From Bacteroidales bacterium (GTDB taxonomy: Bacteria > Bacteroidota > Bacteroidia > Bacteroidales > Bacteroidaceae), in assembly GCA_022772475.1 (NCBI GenBank), contig JALEZQ010000014.1, positions 8,004 to 72,003 of the forward strand: a stretch of 64,000 nucleotides of DNA, written 5' to 3'. Position 1 is the stretch's first letter. Each line of letters opens with the position of its first letter. Below are positions 1-10,617 of this stretch, piece after piece. A program made the translations under genes and the position numbers. The notes under the pieces were generated by a model that was given only the letters and a program-made list of their open reading frames with translations, was not told the DNA's origin and searched no databases.

Positions 1-935
1 AGAAAGAGGCGACGGGTGAGCACTAAATAGGCCGCACGATGGCCGCCGCCCACATATTTGCCGCCGAGGGCTTCGCCGGCATAGGCGAAGCCGTCCATGA
101 AATAGGAATAGAGGATGAAGAGCTGCATCAGCAGGGCGTTGGCGGCGAGGGTCAGGCCGCCCAGGGCGGTGCCGGTGGCAGTGAAGGCGGTGGTGACGGC
201 GACGAGGCAGAGGGTGCGCAGGAAGATGTCGCGGTTGACCACAAAGAAACGGCGTAGCGCGCCTTTGGCCCACAGCGGGCCGCGCCCCACGCGCCACAGG
301 TGGAAGCCGTAGCGGCGGACATACAGGACGAAGGCTATGGCGACGCCGGCATACTGCGCCACCAACGTGCCGACGGCCACACCGTCAATACCCCAACCGC
401 ACACGACGACGAGAAGCAGGCTGGTAAGGATGTTGACGACGTTCTGCGCGATGGACACCACCATGGGGAAGCGCGCATTCTGCATTCCCAAAAACCAGCC
501 CGAGAAGCTGTAGAGGGCCATGACGGCGGGGGCACCCCAGATGAGCAGGCGGAAATAGCGTACGGCCCAGCGGGCCACGCCATCGTCGGCGGTCACCATA
601 CTGAGGGTGAGGCGTAGCACCACTTCCTGAAGGGTGATGACGGCGAGGCCGATGACGAGGGCCACGACGAGCGAGCGGCAGAGCATGCGCTGGCATTCGT
701 CGGCATCGTGGGCGCCATAGGTCTGGGCGGTCAGGCCGCCGGTACCGGTGCGCAGAAAACTGAACAGCCAGTACATCATGTTGAACATCATGCCGCCCAG
801 GGCGATGGCGGCCAGATAGACGGCGTCGCCCAGATGGCCGGCGATGGCGGCATCTACCAGTCCGAGCAGCGGCACGGTGATGTTCGACACGATGCTGGGC
901 AGCGCGATGCGCAGGATGGGACTGTGGTGCTTCAT
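1..935 (-). CDS. MATE family efflux transporter (DinF-like), runs off the window start
   Basis: Manual translation from ATG at 935 (ATGA overlap with birA stop): MKHHSPILRIALPSIVSNITVPLLGLVDAAIAGHLG..., a typical DinF/MATE N-terminus; not in the ORF track. Confidence 0.85.
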   Translation of the reverse strand, partial: MKHHSPILRIALPSIVSNITVPLLGLVDAAIAGHLGDAVYLAAIALGGMMFNMMYWLFSFLRTGTGGLTAQTYGAHDADECQRMLCRSLVVALVIGLAVITLQEVVLRLTLSMVTADDGVARWAVRYFRLLIWGAPAVMALYSFSGWFLGMQNARFPMVVSIAQNVVNILTSLLLVVVCGWGIDGVAVGTLVAQYAGVAIAFVLYVRRYGFHLWRVGRGPLWAKGALRRFFVVNRDIFLRTLCLVAVTTAFTATGTALGGLTLAANALLMQLFILYSYFMDGFAYAGEALGGKYVGGGHRAAYLVLTRRLF

Positions 936-1696
936 GGGGCAGGGATGACAAACTGCACTTCCTTGAACCAGTAGTGGCGGTCGCGGCCGTCGCTGTCGAT
1001 GAGGTGCAGGCGGCCGTCGGGCGCCACATCGGCGATGCGGGCCGTGAAGGAACCGGCGGCGTCGGTAAAGGGATGGAGACCGGTGCGGCGATAGAGGGCG
1101 GCCATATAGCGGCGATGCAGGTCGCGGCCGCCGTCGGCAGCCAGCAGGCGTATCTCGTCGGCAAAGGCTTCGGCAGTGGCGCTCATCAGGGGGCCGCGGG
1201 GAACGTCGCGCTCCAACAACTGGCAGAGCGAGACGGGATTGGGAGCGTCGGAGAGGAAACGGCGCTGGTTGACGTTAAGGCCAACGCCGGTGATGGTGGT
1301 GCGGATGTGCGCTCCGCAGAGGTCGTGCTCGAGGAGCATGCCGCCCAGTTTGGCATCGCCCACATAAATATCGTTGGGCCACTTCACCCGGGCCTCGATG
1401 CCGATTGCCCACAGGGCACGCAGCACGGCCATGGCCTGCGCCTCGGAGAGGACGAACTGGCGCGCGGCGGGGATGCCCTGCGGCTGGAAGCGGATGCCAA
1501 AAAGCAGGTTCTGCCCGGCCTCGGCCTCCCAGTGGTTGCCGCGCTGACCGCGACCGGCGGTCTGGTAGTCGGCCGTGACCAAGAAAAATCGGCCGACGCC
1601 TTCTTCTTCCGGCGCCTGGCGCAGGTAGAGCATGGTGGAGTCGGTCTGCAGCAGATGGCGGTGGAGCCAGCAGGGGGGTAGCGTGAGGTGGAGCAT
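932..1696 (-). CDS. birA: biotin-[acetyl-CoA-carboxylase] ligase
   Basis: QTAGRGQRGNHW, KWPNDIY and KLGGML motifs. Confidence 0.93.
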   Translation of the reverse strand: MLHLTLPPCWLHRHLLQTDSTMLYLRQAPEEEGVGRFFLVTADYQTAGRGQRGNHWEAEAGQNLLFGIRFQPQGIPAARQFVLSEAQAMAVLRALWAIGIEARVKWPNDIYVGDAKLGGMLLEHDLCGAHIRTTITGVGLNVNQRRFLSDAPNPVSLCQLLERDVPRGPLMSATAEAFADEIRLLAADGGRDLHRRYMAALYRRTGLHPFTDAAGSFTARIADVAPDGRLHLIDSDGRDRHYWFKEVQFVIPAP

Positions 1697-2101
1697 TTAT
1701 TTGCGATTGAGTCTATGGTGCTCGCGCCGCCAGGCTTGAATGCCCCAGGGCGTGAACACGTTGACATAGTGCTTCAGGTGGTATGGCGGCTGTTCGCCCA
1801 CGATGGTGACGACGTCGAAGCGGAACGCCGGGCGGACGTTGTAGCGCGAGAGGTAGGCATAGGCGGCGGACATGAGGTGCATCTGCTTGAAGCGGTCCAC
1901 GTCGCCGAGGGCTGTGGCCAGACGCTCGCTGCGGCGCGTCTTGACCTCGACGAAGACCACTTCGCCGAAGTCGTCGGCAATGAGGTCTATCTCCTCGTGA
2001 CCATAGCGCCAGTTGCGCTCCAGCAGGGTGTAGCCAATGCTGGTCAGGTAGAGGGCGGCTTCGTCTTCGCCCAGTCGTCCGAAGGCATTATGCTCGGCCA
2101 C
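1697..2101 (-). CDS. YraN/UPF0102 family protein
   Basis: Probable GTG start at 2101 (AEHNAFGRLGEDEA...ERNWR...EIDLIA...VFVEVKTR...RFDV). Confidence 0.88.
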   Translation of the reverse strand: MAEHNAFGRLGEDEAALYLTSIGYTLLERNWRYGHEEIDLIADDFGEVVFVEVKTRRSERLATALGDVDRFKQMHLMSAAYAYLSRYNVRPAFRFDVVTIVGEQPPYHLKHYVNVFTPWGIQAWRREHHRLNRK

Positions 2102-2106
2102 GTCCG

Positions 2107-2562
2107 TCAGCGTTTGCGTTGGAAAAAGTCTTTCATCATCTGTCCGCATTCCTCCGCCAGCACACCGCTGCACACCTCCGTCTTGGGATGCAGTGCCTGC
2201 GGTGCCAACCGACTGTAGCCGCGCTTGGGGTCGGCTGCGCCATAGACCAAACGGCCCAACTGGGCCCACCCCAGGGCGCCGGCACACATGGTGCAGGGTT
2301 CGACGGTGACATAGAGGGTGCAGTCGTCCAGGTACTTGCCGCCCAGGGCGTTGGCCGCGGCGGTGACGGCCTGCATCTCGGCATGGGCGGTCACGTCGGT
2401 CAGCGTCTCGGTGAGGTTGTGGGCGCGGGCTATGATATGGTCGCGGCACACCACGATGGCGCCCACCGGCACCTCGTCGGCGTCGAAGGCCTGCTGCGCC
2501 TCGTCCAGCGCGCGCCGCATGTAGGCTTCGTCGGTATTCATGAGGATTTCGTCTTGGTTCAT
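2107..2562 (-). CDS. tadA: tRNA adenosine deaminase / nucleoside deaminase
   Basis: EVPVGA, HAEM and EPCTMC zinc-deaminase motifs. Confidence 0.9.
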   Translation of the reverse strand: MNQDEILMNTDEAYMRRALDEAQQAFDADEVPVGAIVVCRDHIIARAHNLTETLTDVTAHAEMQAVTAAANALGGKYLDDCTLYVTVEPCTMCAGALGWAQLGRLVYGAADPKRGYSRLAPQALHPKTEVCSGVLAEECGQMMKDFFQRKR

Positions 2563-2758
2563 AGGGAGGGGAAACAGGGGGGGAGCGTAAACGATGATGT
2601 TAGGACATTGGTATGTTTGGTGCGTCCTTGTTTTTTGAGCATTAGAGTTCGCGGAGCCATTTCTTGCCTGATTTGGTGTTGGTCCAAATGAGGATGCCTA
2701 TGGCTATGATGGCGATGAGGGTGTATCCGAAGAGAGCTATCATGATGGGGTTACCGTT

Positions 2759-4882
2759 CTATTCCACGCCGCGCAGACTCAGGCCGATGCGGCCGCGCTC
2801 GACGTCGATGGAGAGGACGCGGACGCGCACTTGCTGGCGGAGGTGCACCACCTCGGCGGGGTCCTTGACGCGGCGCTGGGCCATCTGCGAGATGTGGATG
2901 AGGCCCTTGACCTTGATGCCCAGGTCCACGAAGCAGCCGAACTGCGTGATGTTGGTCACCACGCCGGGCAGCACCATGCCCTCTGTCAGGTCGTCGATGG
3001 TGCGGATGTTGGGGTCGAAGGCGAAGACGTGGGCCACGCCGCGCGGGTCGCGACCCGGGCGGTCCAGTTCGCTCATGATGTCCTGCAACGTGGGACGCCC
3101 GACGGTGTCGGAGCAGTAGCGGTCCAGGTCGATGCGCTGGCGCAGCGCCTCGTCGGCGATGAGCGTGCGGACGTCGCAGCCAGCGTCGCGCGCCATCCGT
3201 TCCACCAGGGCATAGCGCTCGGGGTGGACGGCAGTGTTGTCGAGAGGGTTGTCGGCATCGGTAATGCGCAGGAAGCCGGCGCACTGCTCATAGGCTTTGG
3301 CACCGAGGCGCGGCACGTCGAGCAACTGGTGGCGCGAGCGGAAGGGTCCGTGCTCAGTGCGGTAGTCGATGATGCGTGCCGCAAGGGCCGGGCCGAGGCC
3401 CGAGACGTAGGTGAGCAGGTGGCGGCTGGCGGTGTTGAGGTTGACGCCGACGGTGTTGACGCAGAGGGTGACGGCCAGGTCGAGGGCCTTGTGGAGGGCC
3501 CCTTGATCAACGTCGTGCTGATACTGTCCCACGCCGATGGCCTTGGGATCTATCTTCACCAGTTCGGCCAGAGGGTCGGCCAGACGACGGGCTATGCTCA
3601 CGGCACCGCGGACGGTGACGTCCTTGTCGGGAAACTCTTCGCGGGCAATGTCGGAGGCGGAATAGACCGAGGCGCCGTCTTCGCTGACGACGAACACCTC
3701 GACGCCGTCGAGATGGGCCTCGCGCACCAGGTCTTCGGTCTCGCGTCCGGCGGTGCCGTTGCCTACGGCGATGGCTTCGATGCCGTAGGTGTCGGCCAGG
3801 GCGGCGATGCGGCATACGGAGCGTCCCCATTCGCGCTTGGGCTCGTGGGGGTAGATGGTCTCGTTGTGGAGCAGATTGCCCTGTGCGTCGATACACACCA
3901 CCTTGCATCCCGTGCGGAAGCCGGGGTCGATGCCCATGATACGCTTGGCGCCGAGGGGCGGCGACAGCAGCAGTTGGCGCACGTTGGCGGCGAAGACGGC
4001 GATGGCCTCCTCGTCGGCCCGGGCTTTGGCGGCAGCGGCAAACTCGTTTTCTATGCTGGGTTTGAGCAGGCGCTTGTAGGCATCCTCGACGGCCATCTGT
4101 ACCTGTGGTGCGGCGGGTGTGCCCCATTTCACGAAGGGACGCTCCAGGCGCCGCAGGCTCTCCTCCTCGTCGGCGGGGGCGATGCCCACTCTGAGGTAGC
4201 CCTCGGCCTCGCCGCGGCGCATGGCCAGCAGGCGGTGTGACGAACAGCGGTTCAGGGGCTCGGTGGCGTCGAAATAGTCGCTGTACTTCCGGGCCTCGTC
4301 GGCGCGGCTCTTGACCACTTTCGAGGTGATGCGGGCCGTGCGGGCAAAGGTGGTGCGCAGCGTCTGGCGGGTGCGCTCGTCCTCGTTGACGGTCTCGGCA
4401 ATGATGTCGCGTGCGCCCTGCAGGGCGGCCTCGGCATCGGGTACCTCGTCACCGATGTATTTGGCAGCGGCGCGCACGGGGTCGGCATAGGGGTTGTCCA
4501 TCATGAGGGCGGCCAGCGGTGCCAGTCCGCGCTTGCGGGCCACCTCGGCGCGCGTCTTGCGCTTGGTCTTGTAAGGCAGGTAGAGGTCTTCCAGCACAGC
4601 GGGGTCCCAGCAGGCGGCCAGTCGGCCGGCCAGGTCGTCGGTCAGTTTGCCCTGCGCGGCGATGGCCTCGGTGATATACTCGCGGCGGCGCACCAGTTCG
4701 TTCAGTTCGTCGTTGAGGCGCTGCACCTGTGCCACCTGCACCTCGTCCATGCCCCCGGTGGCCTCCTTGCGGTAGCGGCTGATGAAGGGGATGGTGGCGC
4801 CCTCGTCCAGGAGGGCTATGGTGCGCTCGACAGGGCCCTGCTTGAGCCCCATGCGCCCGGCAATGATTTCGGCTATTTCCAT
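2759..4882 (-). CDS. tex: Tex family RNA-binding transcription accessory protein (C-terminal S1 domain)
   Basis: GATIPFISRYRKEATG, GIDPGFRTGCK, IGVGQYQHD, S1 domain; start taken at MEIAEII. Confidence 0.93.
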   Translation of the reverse strand: MEIAEIIAGRMGLKQGPVERTIALLDEGATIPFISRYRKEATGGMDEVQVAQVQRLNDELNELVRRREYITEAIAAQGKLTDDLAGRLAACWDPAVLEDLYLPYKTKRKTRAEVARKRGLAPLAALMMDNPYADPVRAAAKYIGDEVPDAEAALQGARDIIAETVNEDERTRQTLRTTFARTARITSKVVKSRADEARKYSDYFDATEPLNRCSSHRLLAMRRGEAEGYLRVGIAPADEEESLRRLERPFVKWGTPAAPQVQMAVEDAYKRLLKPSIENEFAAAAKARADEEAIAVFAANVRQLLLSPPLGAKRIMGIDPGFRTGCKVVCIDAQGNLLHNETIYPHEPKREWGRSVCRIAALADTYGIEAIAVGNGTAGRETEDLVREAHLDGVEVFVVSEDGASVYSASDIAREEFPDKDVTVRGAVSIARRLADPLAELVKIDPKAIGVGQYQHDVDQGALHKALDLAVTLCVNTVGVNLNTASRHLLTYVSGLGPALAARIIDYRTEHGPFRSRHQLLDVPRLGAKAYEQCAGFLRITDADNPLDNTAVHPERYALVERMARDAGCDVRTLIADEALRQRIDLDRYCSDTVGRPTLQDIMSELDRPGRDPRGVAHVFAFDPNIRTIDDLTEGMVLPGVVTNITQFGCFVDLGIKVKGLIHISQMAQRRVKDPAEVVHLRQQVRVRVLSIDVERGRIGLSLRGVE

Positions 4883-4928
4883 GGTGGTGAAGGTTGTAGA
4901 GGAAGAGAAGGGAGGGAACCGCAACGGC

Positions 4929-5510
4929 CTACAGGGCGCCCTGTGCAGGGTCTTGGCCGGCGGCACGCAGGGCGAAGTATTTCCAGAGCGGGGCGGCCAT
5001 GAGGGCCTGTTTGATTTCGTCGTTGACCAGCAGGCGGTGTACCTCGTCCTCACTGAGCAGGTGCACGGTGATGTCTTCGGTGGGCTCGAGGTGACGGTCG
5101 CCCTGTGGCGTGACGCCAAGGGCCAGGAAGCAGTGGCTCACGTTGTTGCAGGCCGAGGCGTTGGGCGAGAGCACGGTGAAGGGCAGCCAACGCCCGCCGC
5201 CGTAGCCCGTCTCTTCCATCAGTTCGCGGCGCGCGGCCTCTTCGGGCGTGGCGTCGGTGGGGTCCATGACGCCGGCCACCAGTTCGTAGCATGTGCGCCC
5301 CAGGCCGTGGCGATACTGGCGTATCATCACCATCTTGCCCTCGGGAGTGAGGGCGATGACCTTTATCCACGTGGGGTATTCCAGCACGTAGTATTCTTCG
5401 TTGATGACGCCCGAGGGCAATTGCACGCAGTCTTTGCGGGCCGTGAGCCAGGGGCGGCGAAACAGGTACTCGCTGCGGAGCACCTTCCAGGGTTTGGGGT
5501 CTTCTTGCAT
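4929..5510 (-). CDS. Nudix hydrolase (ADP-ribose pyrophosphatase-like)
   Basis: Nudix box G...EEAARRELMEETGY. Confidence 0.9.
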   Translation of the reverse strand: MQEDPKPWKVLRSEYLFRRPWLTARKDCVQLPSGVINEEYYVLEYPTWIKVIALTPEGKMVMIRQYRHGLGRTCYELVAGVMDPTDATPEEAARRELMEETGYGGGRWLPFTVLSPNASACNNVSHCFLALGVTPQGDRHLEPTEDITVHLLSEDEVHRLLVNDEIKQALMAAPLWKYFALRAAGQDPAQGAL

Positions 5511-5561
5511 AGCGTTTGAGGTTGGGGGTTGGTGGGGGCCGGGTTATCCGGAGGTTCCGGG

Positions 5562-6527
5562 TTATCCGGTGGCGCCGCCGGGCATACCGCAGCGGCAGTC
5601 TTCGATGTAGCGGGGGCGGCGCTTTACTTCGCTGTAGATCTTCCCCACATATTCGCCGATGACGCCCAGGGCGATGAGGATGGCGCCGCCAACGAACCAT
5701 ACGCTGATGAGCAGCGAGGTCCAGCCCTGCAGACTGTGGCCGGAGAAGTGGACCACCAGGGCCCAGCCTATCACGACGAAGGACACCAGGATAAAGACCA
5801 GCCCCAGACCGATGAACAGGCGCAGCGGACGCACGGAGAAGGAGGTGATGCCGTCCCAGGCAAAGGCCAGCATCTTCGACAGCGGGTATTTCGACTCGCC
5901 GGCCTGCCGCTTCTGGCGCGCATAGGTGACGACGGCCTGGCGAAAACCGAGCTGCTTGACCATGCCGCGCAGAAAAAGGTTGCGCTCGGGAAAGGCCAGC
6001 AGCGCTCTGACGGCGCGGCGGCTCATCAGGCGGTAGTCGGCATGGTTATAGACCAGGTCGGTGCCCATGGCCTGCATCATGCGGTAGAAACCCTGCGCCG
6101 TGGCGCGCTTAAACCACGAGTCGCTACTGCGGTCATCGCGCACGCCGAAGACGAGATCGGCGCCCTCACGGTAGTGGGCCACCATCTGCAGGATGACGTC
6201 GGGGTCGTCCTGCAGGTCGGCGTCGATGCTGACGATGGCGTCGGCATGAGGCACGGCGGCTTCCAGTCCGGCCCACAGCGCATGCTGGTGACCGGCGTTG
6301 ACGGCCAACTTCAGACCCCATACCTCGGCGTGGGCGGCCGACAGTTGGTTGATCATAGACCATGTGGCGTCGCGGCTGCCATCATCTACATATAATATAT
6401 GCGTGCTGACCCCATCGGCCTTGAGGTGTCCCGCTATGCCGAGCAGGCGCTGCGTGGTTTCGTTGAGCACGGCTTCCTCGTTGTAGCAGGGTACCACAAT
6501 GACTAAAGAGAACGTTTCTTTTTGCAT
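5562..6527 (-). CDS. GT2 glycosyltransferase (GtrB/ArnC-like, two C-terminal TM helices)
   Basis: VVPCYNEE, VDDGSRD, DADLQDDP, GEYVGKIY; start MQKETF. Confidence 0.9.
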   Translation of the reverse strand: MQKETFSLVIVVPCYNEEAVLNETTQRLLGIAGHLKADGVSTHILYVDDGSRDATWSMINQLSAAHAEVWGLKLAVNAGHQHALWAGLEAAVPHADAIVSIDADLQDDPDVILQMVAHYREGADLVFGVRDDRSSDSWFKRATAQGFYRMMQAMGTDLVYNHADYRLMSRRAVRALLAFPERNLFLRGMVKQLGFRQAVVTYARQKRQAGESKYPLSKMLAFAWDGITSFSVRPLRLFIGLGLVFILVSFVVIGWALVVHFSGHSLQGWTSLLISVWFVGGAILIALGVIGEYVGKIYSEVKRRPRYIEDCRCGMPGGATG

Positions 6528-6730
6528 GCGCTGATATTTTGCTTTCTGCAAAGGTAGTGCTTGCCCGCCTAACCGCCAAGTGAATCGTGCGAAACATCGT
6601 CCCTGCCTCCCCGCTTTCCTGAAAGTATACCGCCTTCCTGAAAGGCTTTGCACGCTACGCGCTAATCGCGGTGGGCAATCGTTCTGCGATGGAACTTTGC
6701 GCCATTGACTTGTCGCGAACGCCCTATACA

Positions 6731-6772
6731 CAGCGCCGGCGAGCCTCCACATTCAGAGGCTCGCCGGCACTG
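6731..6772. terminator. GC-rich hairpin downstream of the DUF308 gene
   Basis: gccggcgagcctc-N8-gaggctcgccggc; no clear U-tract. Confidence 0.5.
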
Positions 6773-6800
6773 CGTTAGGTATGTGGCGTGAACTTGCGGT

Positions 6801-7361
6801 TTACGGCATAGGCACGATGTCCTTGGACGAGGAGCGGAGCATGTAGATGGTCCAGAGTTCGAGCAGGGCGTAGGCTATGAAGCCGCAGCCCAGCAGGATG
6901 ACGGGCAGGCCGGCCACCTTGGCGGCTTCTTCGTAACTGTCGGCCAGGATGATATAGAGCCCTACGGCCAACTGGATGACGGGCACGATGTAGTACGAAG
7001 GATGCAGGCGGACGCCCTTGCGCTGGATGTCCCACAGCGTGTACATCTGTGTGGCGGCCATCACCAGCAACAGGCCGGCCAGGATGTACATGATGGCGGC
7101 CAGGAAGAGGGTGGGCCAGATAATCTGCACCAGACCGAAGAGGATGCTGCCTGCGCCCAGAATGGGGTAGAGCATAATCTGCCGGTTTTCGGGGTCGCGC
7201 CTAAGGTAGCTCACTAAGGCTACGGCGCCGGGGATGATGAAGACGATGCCGCTGAGGATGACGATCCAGCGGGCGATGTCGGCGTTGAAGACGATGAGCA
7301 GGATGCCGACAAGCAGGGTGCACAGGGCGCGCACGAGCAGGTTTTGCAGGAACTGTTTCAT
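6801..7361 (-). CDS. HdeD/DUF308-like membrane protein
   Basis: About six hydrophobic helices in repeated pairs; start MKQFLQN. Confidence 0.65.
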   Translation of the reverse strand: MKQFLQNLLVRALCTLLVGILLIVFNADIARWIVILSGIVFIIPGAVALVSYLRRDPENRQIMLYPILGAGSILFGLVQIIWPTLFLAAIMYILAGLLLVMAATQMYTLWDIQRKGVRLHPSYYIVPVIQLAVGLYIILADSYEEAAKVAGLPVILLGCGFIAYALLELWTIYMLRSSSKDIVPMP

Positions 7362-7562
7362 GGCTGTGTGTGGAGATTGTGGAGGCCTGCGGTGTGATGG
7401 TGTGGGCAGCCTCCGATGAGAGAGGGTGGGGTACGATGTCCCGGCCGGAGTTTGTGGAGAAACAACAACGGACCGCTCAGCGCCCAAAGGCTACTGTCCG
7501 GTCCGTTTGTGCTTTGTGGCTTGTCGTAGCCTTGGCGTGAAGGCGTTGGCCTCGAAGTGGCT

Positions 7563-7892
7563 TTACTGCTGTGCGCCGGGACCCGGCACGGCGGTACCGG
7601 GCTGCTGGGGCTGCTGAGGCTGCTGTGCGGCGGGCGTGTTGTCATTGCCAAACTTTGAGCCGCTCTCGGGCTTGGGGATGCAGAGGGTGGCGCAAACGCT
7701 CAGGACGACGAGCAGTCCGGCGAGGGTCCAAGTGGCTTTCTCGATGACGTCGGTGGTTTTGCGTACGCCCATGATTTGGTTGGACGAGGCAAAGCCCGAG
7801 GCCAGACCGCCACCTTTCGATTCCTGAATGAGCACGATGAAGGCCAGAAGTACGGCCACGATGACGGCCAGAACGACGAAGATGCTATACAT
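7563..7892 (-). CDS. secG: preprotein translocase subunit SecG
   Basis: VLIQESKGGGLASGF...EKATW. Confidence 0.93.
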   Translation of the reverse strand: MYSIFVVLAVIVAVLLAFIVLIQESKGGGLASGFASSNQIMGVRKTTDVIEKATWTLAGLLVVLSVCATLCIPKPESGSKFGNDNTPAAQQPQQPQQPGTAVPGPGAQQ

Positions 7893-7894
7893 GT

Positions 7895-8656
7895 CTATTT
7901 CGTATTACTTTTTTGGTTGATAATCAATTTCTGCAAGAATCGCATTTGGTCTGCAAAGTAACGATTTTTTTTTGGATAATTCAAATGTATTTTGCGGATA
8001 ATTTCCATGGCCTTCTCATATCGGCCCTGTTTGATGTATATTTTGGCCAGGGTTTCGGTGAAGTAGTCCTCCTCTGCGTCGGTTTCGATGTCTTCGTCGG
8101 GGATGTCGGGGGTGTATTGCGGATTCTCTTCGAGTTTGGGCCTTTCGTTGCCCTGGGCAATGTAGCCGTCGATGAGCTGCTCGCTTCTCGAGGTGTTGGT
8201 CTCGGGCGCGGGTTCTTGCTGCTGCGGCGCGATGTCGTCCATCTGCAGCAGGTAGGCGGCATAGTCGGTGGTGGCGTCGAGGGGTGTGGGGGCGCGTCGT
8301 GGCGTGGGCGTGGCGGCGAGCCCTTCGGAGACGAGGAAGCGGTCGATGAGCGAGGCGGTGCGGTCGGTGCCTTCGGCGGTATTGTCGTCGTCGGGCGTCT
8401 CGAGAGCCTGCGGCTTGATGTCGTAGTTGTCGCCCTCGACCATGTCGAAGAGCACCTGGCGGTCGGGCACATAGAGCGCCGCCTTCTGCAGTTCGTCGCC
8501 GAAACTGCTGTCGTGCAGGACGAACAGGTTCTGCAGGAACAGGATGCGCGCCGCCTGGTAATAGGGGTAGCGGGCTACGATCTGTCGTAGTCCGTACAGC
8601 GTGTCGGCGTTGAGCCGTTCGGGGTGGGCGGTGAGTTCTGCTATCTGTATCTGCAT
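7895..8656 (-). CDS. conserved Bacteroidetes TPR-like protein
   Basis: YPYYQAAR and FTETLAKIYIKQGRYEKA...YFADQ; usual position between lptE and secG. Confidence 0.8.
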   Translation of the reverse strand: MQIQIAELTAHPERLNADTLYGLRQIVARYPYYQAARILFLQNLFVLHDSSFGDELQKAALYVPDRQVLFDMVEGDNYDIKPQALETPDDDNTAEGTDRTASLIDRFLVSEGLAATPTPRRAPTPLDATTDYAAYLLQMDDIAPQQQEPAPETNTSRSEQLIDGYIAQGNERPKLEENPQYTPDIPDEDIETDAEEDYFTETLAKIYIKQGRYEKAMEIIRKIHLNYPKKNRYFADQMRFLQKLIINQKSNTK

Positions 8657-8735
8657 CCTGTTTGTCGGTGTGCCGGGTGCGCAGTTGGAGGGTTGGATTG
8701 GGAATGAGGGGTGTGTGGAAGGGAGGGGCGGGGCG

Positions 8736-9287
8736 TTACCAGTCGGCCACGGTGGCGTTGAAGATTTGGTCGGTGATGTCCTTGATCATCTCCGTGACCA
8801 GTTCTTCCTGTACGGCCGAGAGCTGGCGTGAGGCGTCATACTGCGTGGTGGCGCTGAACTGCCGTTCCCAGTTTTGCCCCGTCTTTTCGTTGGTGAAGCG
8901 GATGTTGACCGTCATCTTGAGCTGTACCTGCGAGGAGAGGCCGTCGGCCGAGATGCCTTTGTTGTACTGCTCATAGGCGGTGATTTCGCCGGCGAGGTGC
9001 AGGTCGCCGCCGCGCTTGACCAGTTTGAGGCGCGTCTGGTTGACGTAGGCATCCTGGAGCGTGTTGTTGAACATGGCCTCCATCGGTGCCCAGCCGTAGG
9101 GTGCACGGTTGGCAATCTTGTCAATCTGTATGCTTTTGATGATGTCGTAGTTGATGCTGGTGCCCGTGAAGGAATAGCTCACCGTGCATGCGCTGGCTAC
9201 GGCCATGATGAGGATGGCGGGCACGAGGACTGCGAGGCCCATTCGCCGTGCTGCGGCGCCGATGTGTGAGATGCTATTCCAGTTCAT
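8736..9287 (-). CDS. lptE: LptE family LPS-assembly lipoprotein
   Basis: Lipobox-like ASAC-TVSYSFTG; C-terminal IFNATVADW. Confidence 0.8.
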   Translation of the reverse strand: MNWNSISHIGAAARRMGLAVLVPAILIMAVASACTVSYSFTGTSINYDIIKSIQIDKIANRAPYGWAPMEAMFNNTLQDAYVNQTRLKLVKRGGDLHLAGEITAYEQYNKGISADGLSSQVQLKMTVNIRFTNEKTGQNWERQFSATTQYDASRQLSAVQEELVTEMIKDITDQIFNATVADW

Positions 9288-10617
9288 ATTCCTTTATTTT
9301 TCGGTAGAGTGTGCGCTCGGAGATGCCGAGTTGCTGCGCTGTGAGGCGGCGGTTGCCGTTGTTGAGGGCCAGGACGCTTTTGATGGACTGCCGCTCGAGG
9401 GTTTCCAGTTTGTGGTCTATGTTGCTCAGGTCCGTGCTGTCCTCGTGTGCTGCCGGCGCCGTAGTGTTTGCCGGCATACTGATGATGTCGGGGTGAGGAC
9501 TTGGCGTGGTATAGTCGCTGTCCTTTACCTCCTCCACCTCCTGTATGGCGGCGGTGTCGGTCTCGCCGAAGTGGTGCGGCGCGTGCGGCGTGGCGTGTGT
9601 GCCGTATATGCTCGGCGTGGCGTGGCTGTCGCTGCGGCTGTCGGGCTGTGCGGGCAGGCTTTTCGTCGGCCAGGCGTCGTGCTCGCCGCGGTTGGTCAGT
9701 CCGACAATGCGCTTGAGTTCGTTGACGTCGCGGCGCAGTTCGAAGAGCATCTGGTAGATGAGTTCGTGCTCCTGGTCATACCGGTGCGGCGTCTTTTCGC
9801 CCACCGTCACGATGGAGCGTGCCGTCGAGGTGGCCGGCAGGTATTGCGCCAGCATGGGGGCAGTGATTTCGCGCGCCTCAGAGGTGACGGACATGTTCTC
9901 CGCCAGATTCTTGAGTTGGCGTACGTTGCCCGGCCACGCGTAGGCCGTGAGCATCTGCGCCGCCGCCTGGTCCAGACGGATGGGTGGCATGTGGTACTTC
10001 TCGCTCATCTCCAGGGCAAACTTGCGGAAGAGCAGCAGGATGTCGTTGCCGCGCTCACGCAGGGCAGGCAGCGAGAGCGCTACCGAGCACAGGCGGTAGT
10101 AGAGGTCCTGGCGAAACTTGCCGTCGCGTATGGCCTGCTCCATGTTGACGTTGGTGGCGGCGATGATGCGTACGTTCGTATGGTGTACCTCGCTGGCGCC
10201 GACGGGGATGAACTCCCCCGTCTCCAGCACGCGCAGCAGGCGGGCCTGTGTGGAGAGAGGCAGCTCGCCCACCTCGTCGAGGAATAGCGTACCGCCGTCG
10301 GCCACGGCAAAGTAGCCCTCGCGGCGGTCGATGGCCCCCGTAAAGGCGCCCTTCTCGTGGCCGAACAGTTCGGAGTCGATGGTGCCCTCGGGGATGGCGC
10401 CGCAGTTTACCGCCAGGTACTGGTGTCCCTTTCTTGCGCTGTGGTCGTGGATGATGCGGGGGAATATCTCCTTGCCTACGCCGTTCTCTCCCATGATGAG
10501 CACCGAGAGGTCCACCGGCGCAATCTTGAGCGCGATGGTCAGGGCATGGTTCAGCCCCTCGTGGTTGCCCACGATGCCGTAGCGCTGCTTGATGCTTTGA
10601 AGGGTTCTGCTGTCCAT
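9274..10617 (-). CDS. sigma-54-dependent Fis-family activator (AAA+ and HTH, no receiver domain)
   Basis: GENGVGKE, GAFTGA, LFLDEVGEL, WPGNVRQL, LGISERTLYRKI. Confidence 0.92.
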   Translation of the reverse strand: MDSRTLQSIKQRYGIVGNHEGLNHALTIALKIAPVDLSVLIMGENGVGKEIFPRIIHDHSARKGHQYLAVNCGAIPEGTIDSELFGHEKGAFTGAIDRREGYFAVADGGTLFLDEVGELPLSTQARLLRVLETGEFIPVGASEVHHTNVRIIAATNVNMEQAIRDGKFRQDLYYRLCSVALSLPALRERGNDILLLFRKFALEMSEKYHMPPIRLDQAAAQMLTAYAWPGNVRQLKNLAENMSVTSEAREITAPMLAQYLPATSTARSIVTVGEKTPHRYDQEHELIYQMLFELRRDVNELKRIVGLTNRGEHDAWPTKSLPAQPDSRSDSHATPSIYGTHATPHAPHHFGETDTAAIQEVEEVKDSDYTTPSPHPDIISMPANTTAPAAHEDSTDLSNIDHKLETLERQSIKSVLALNNGNRRLTAQQLGISERTLYRKIKEYELE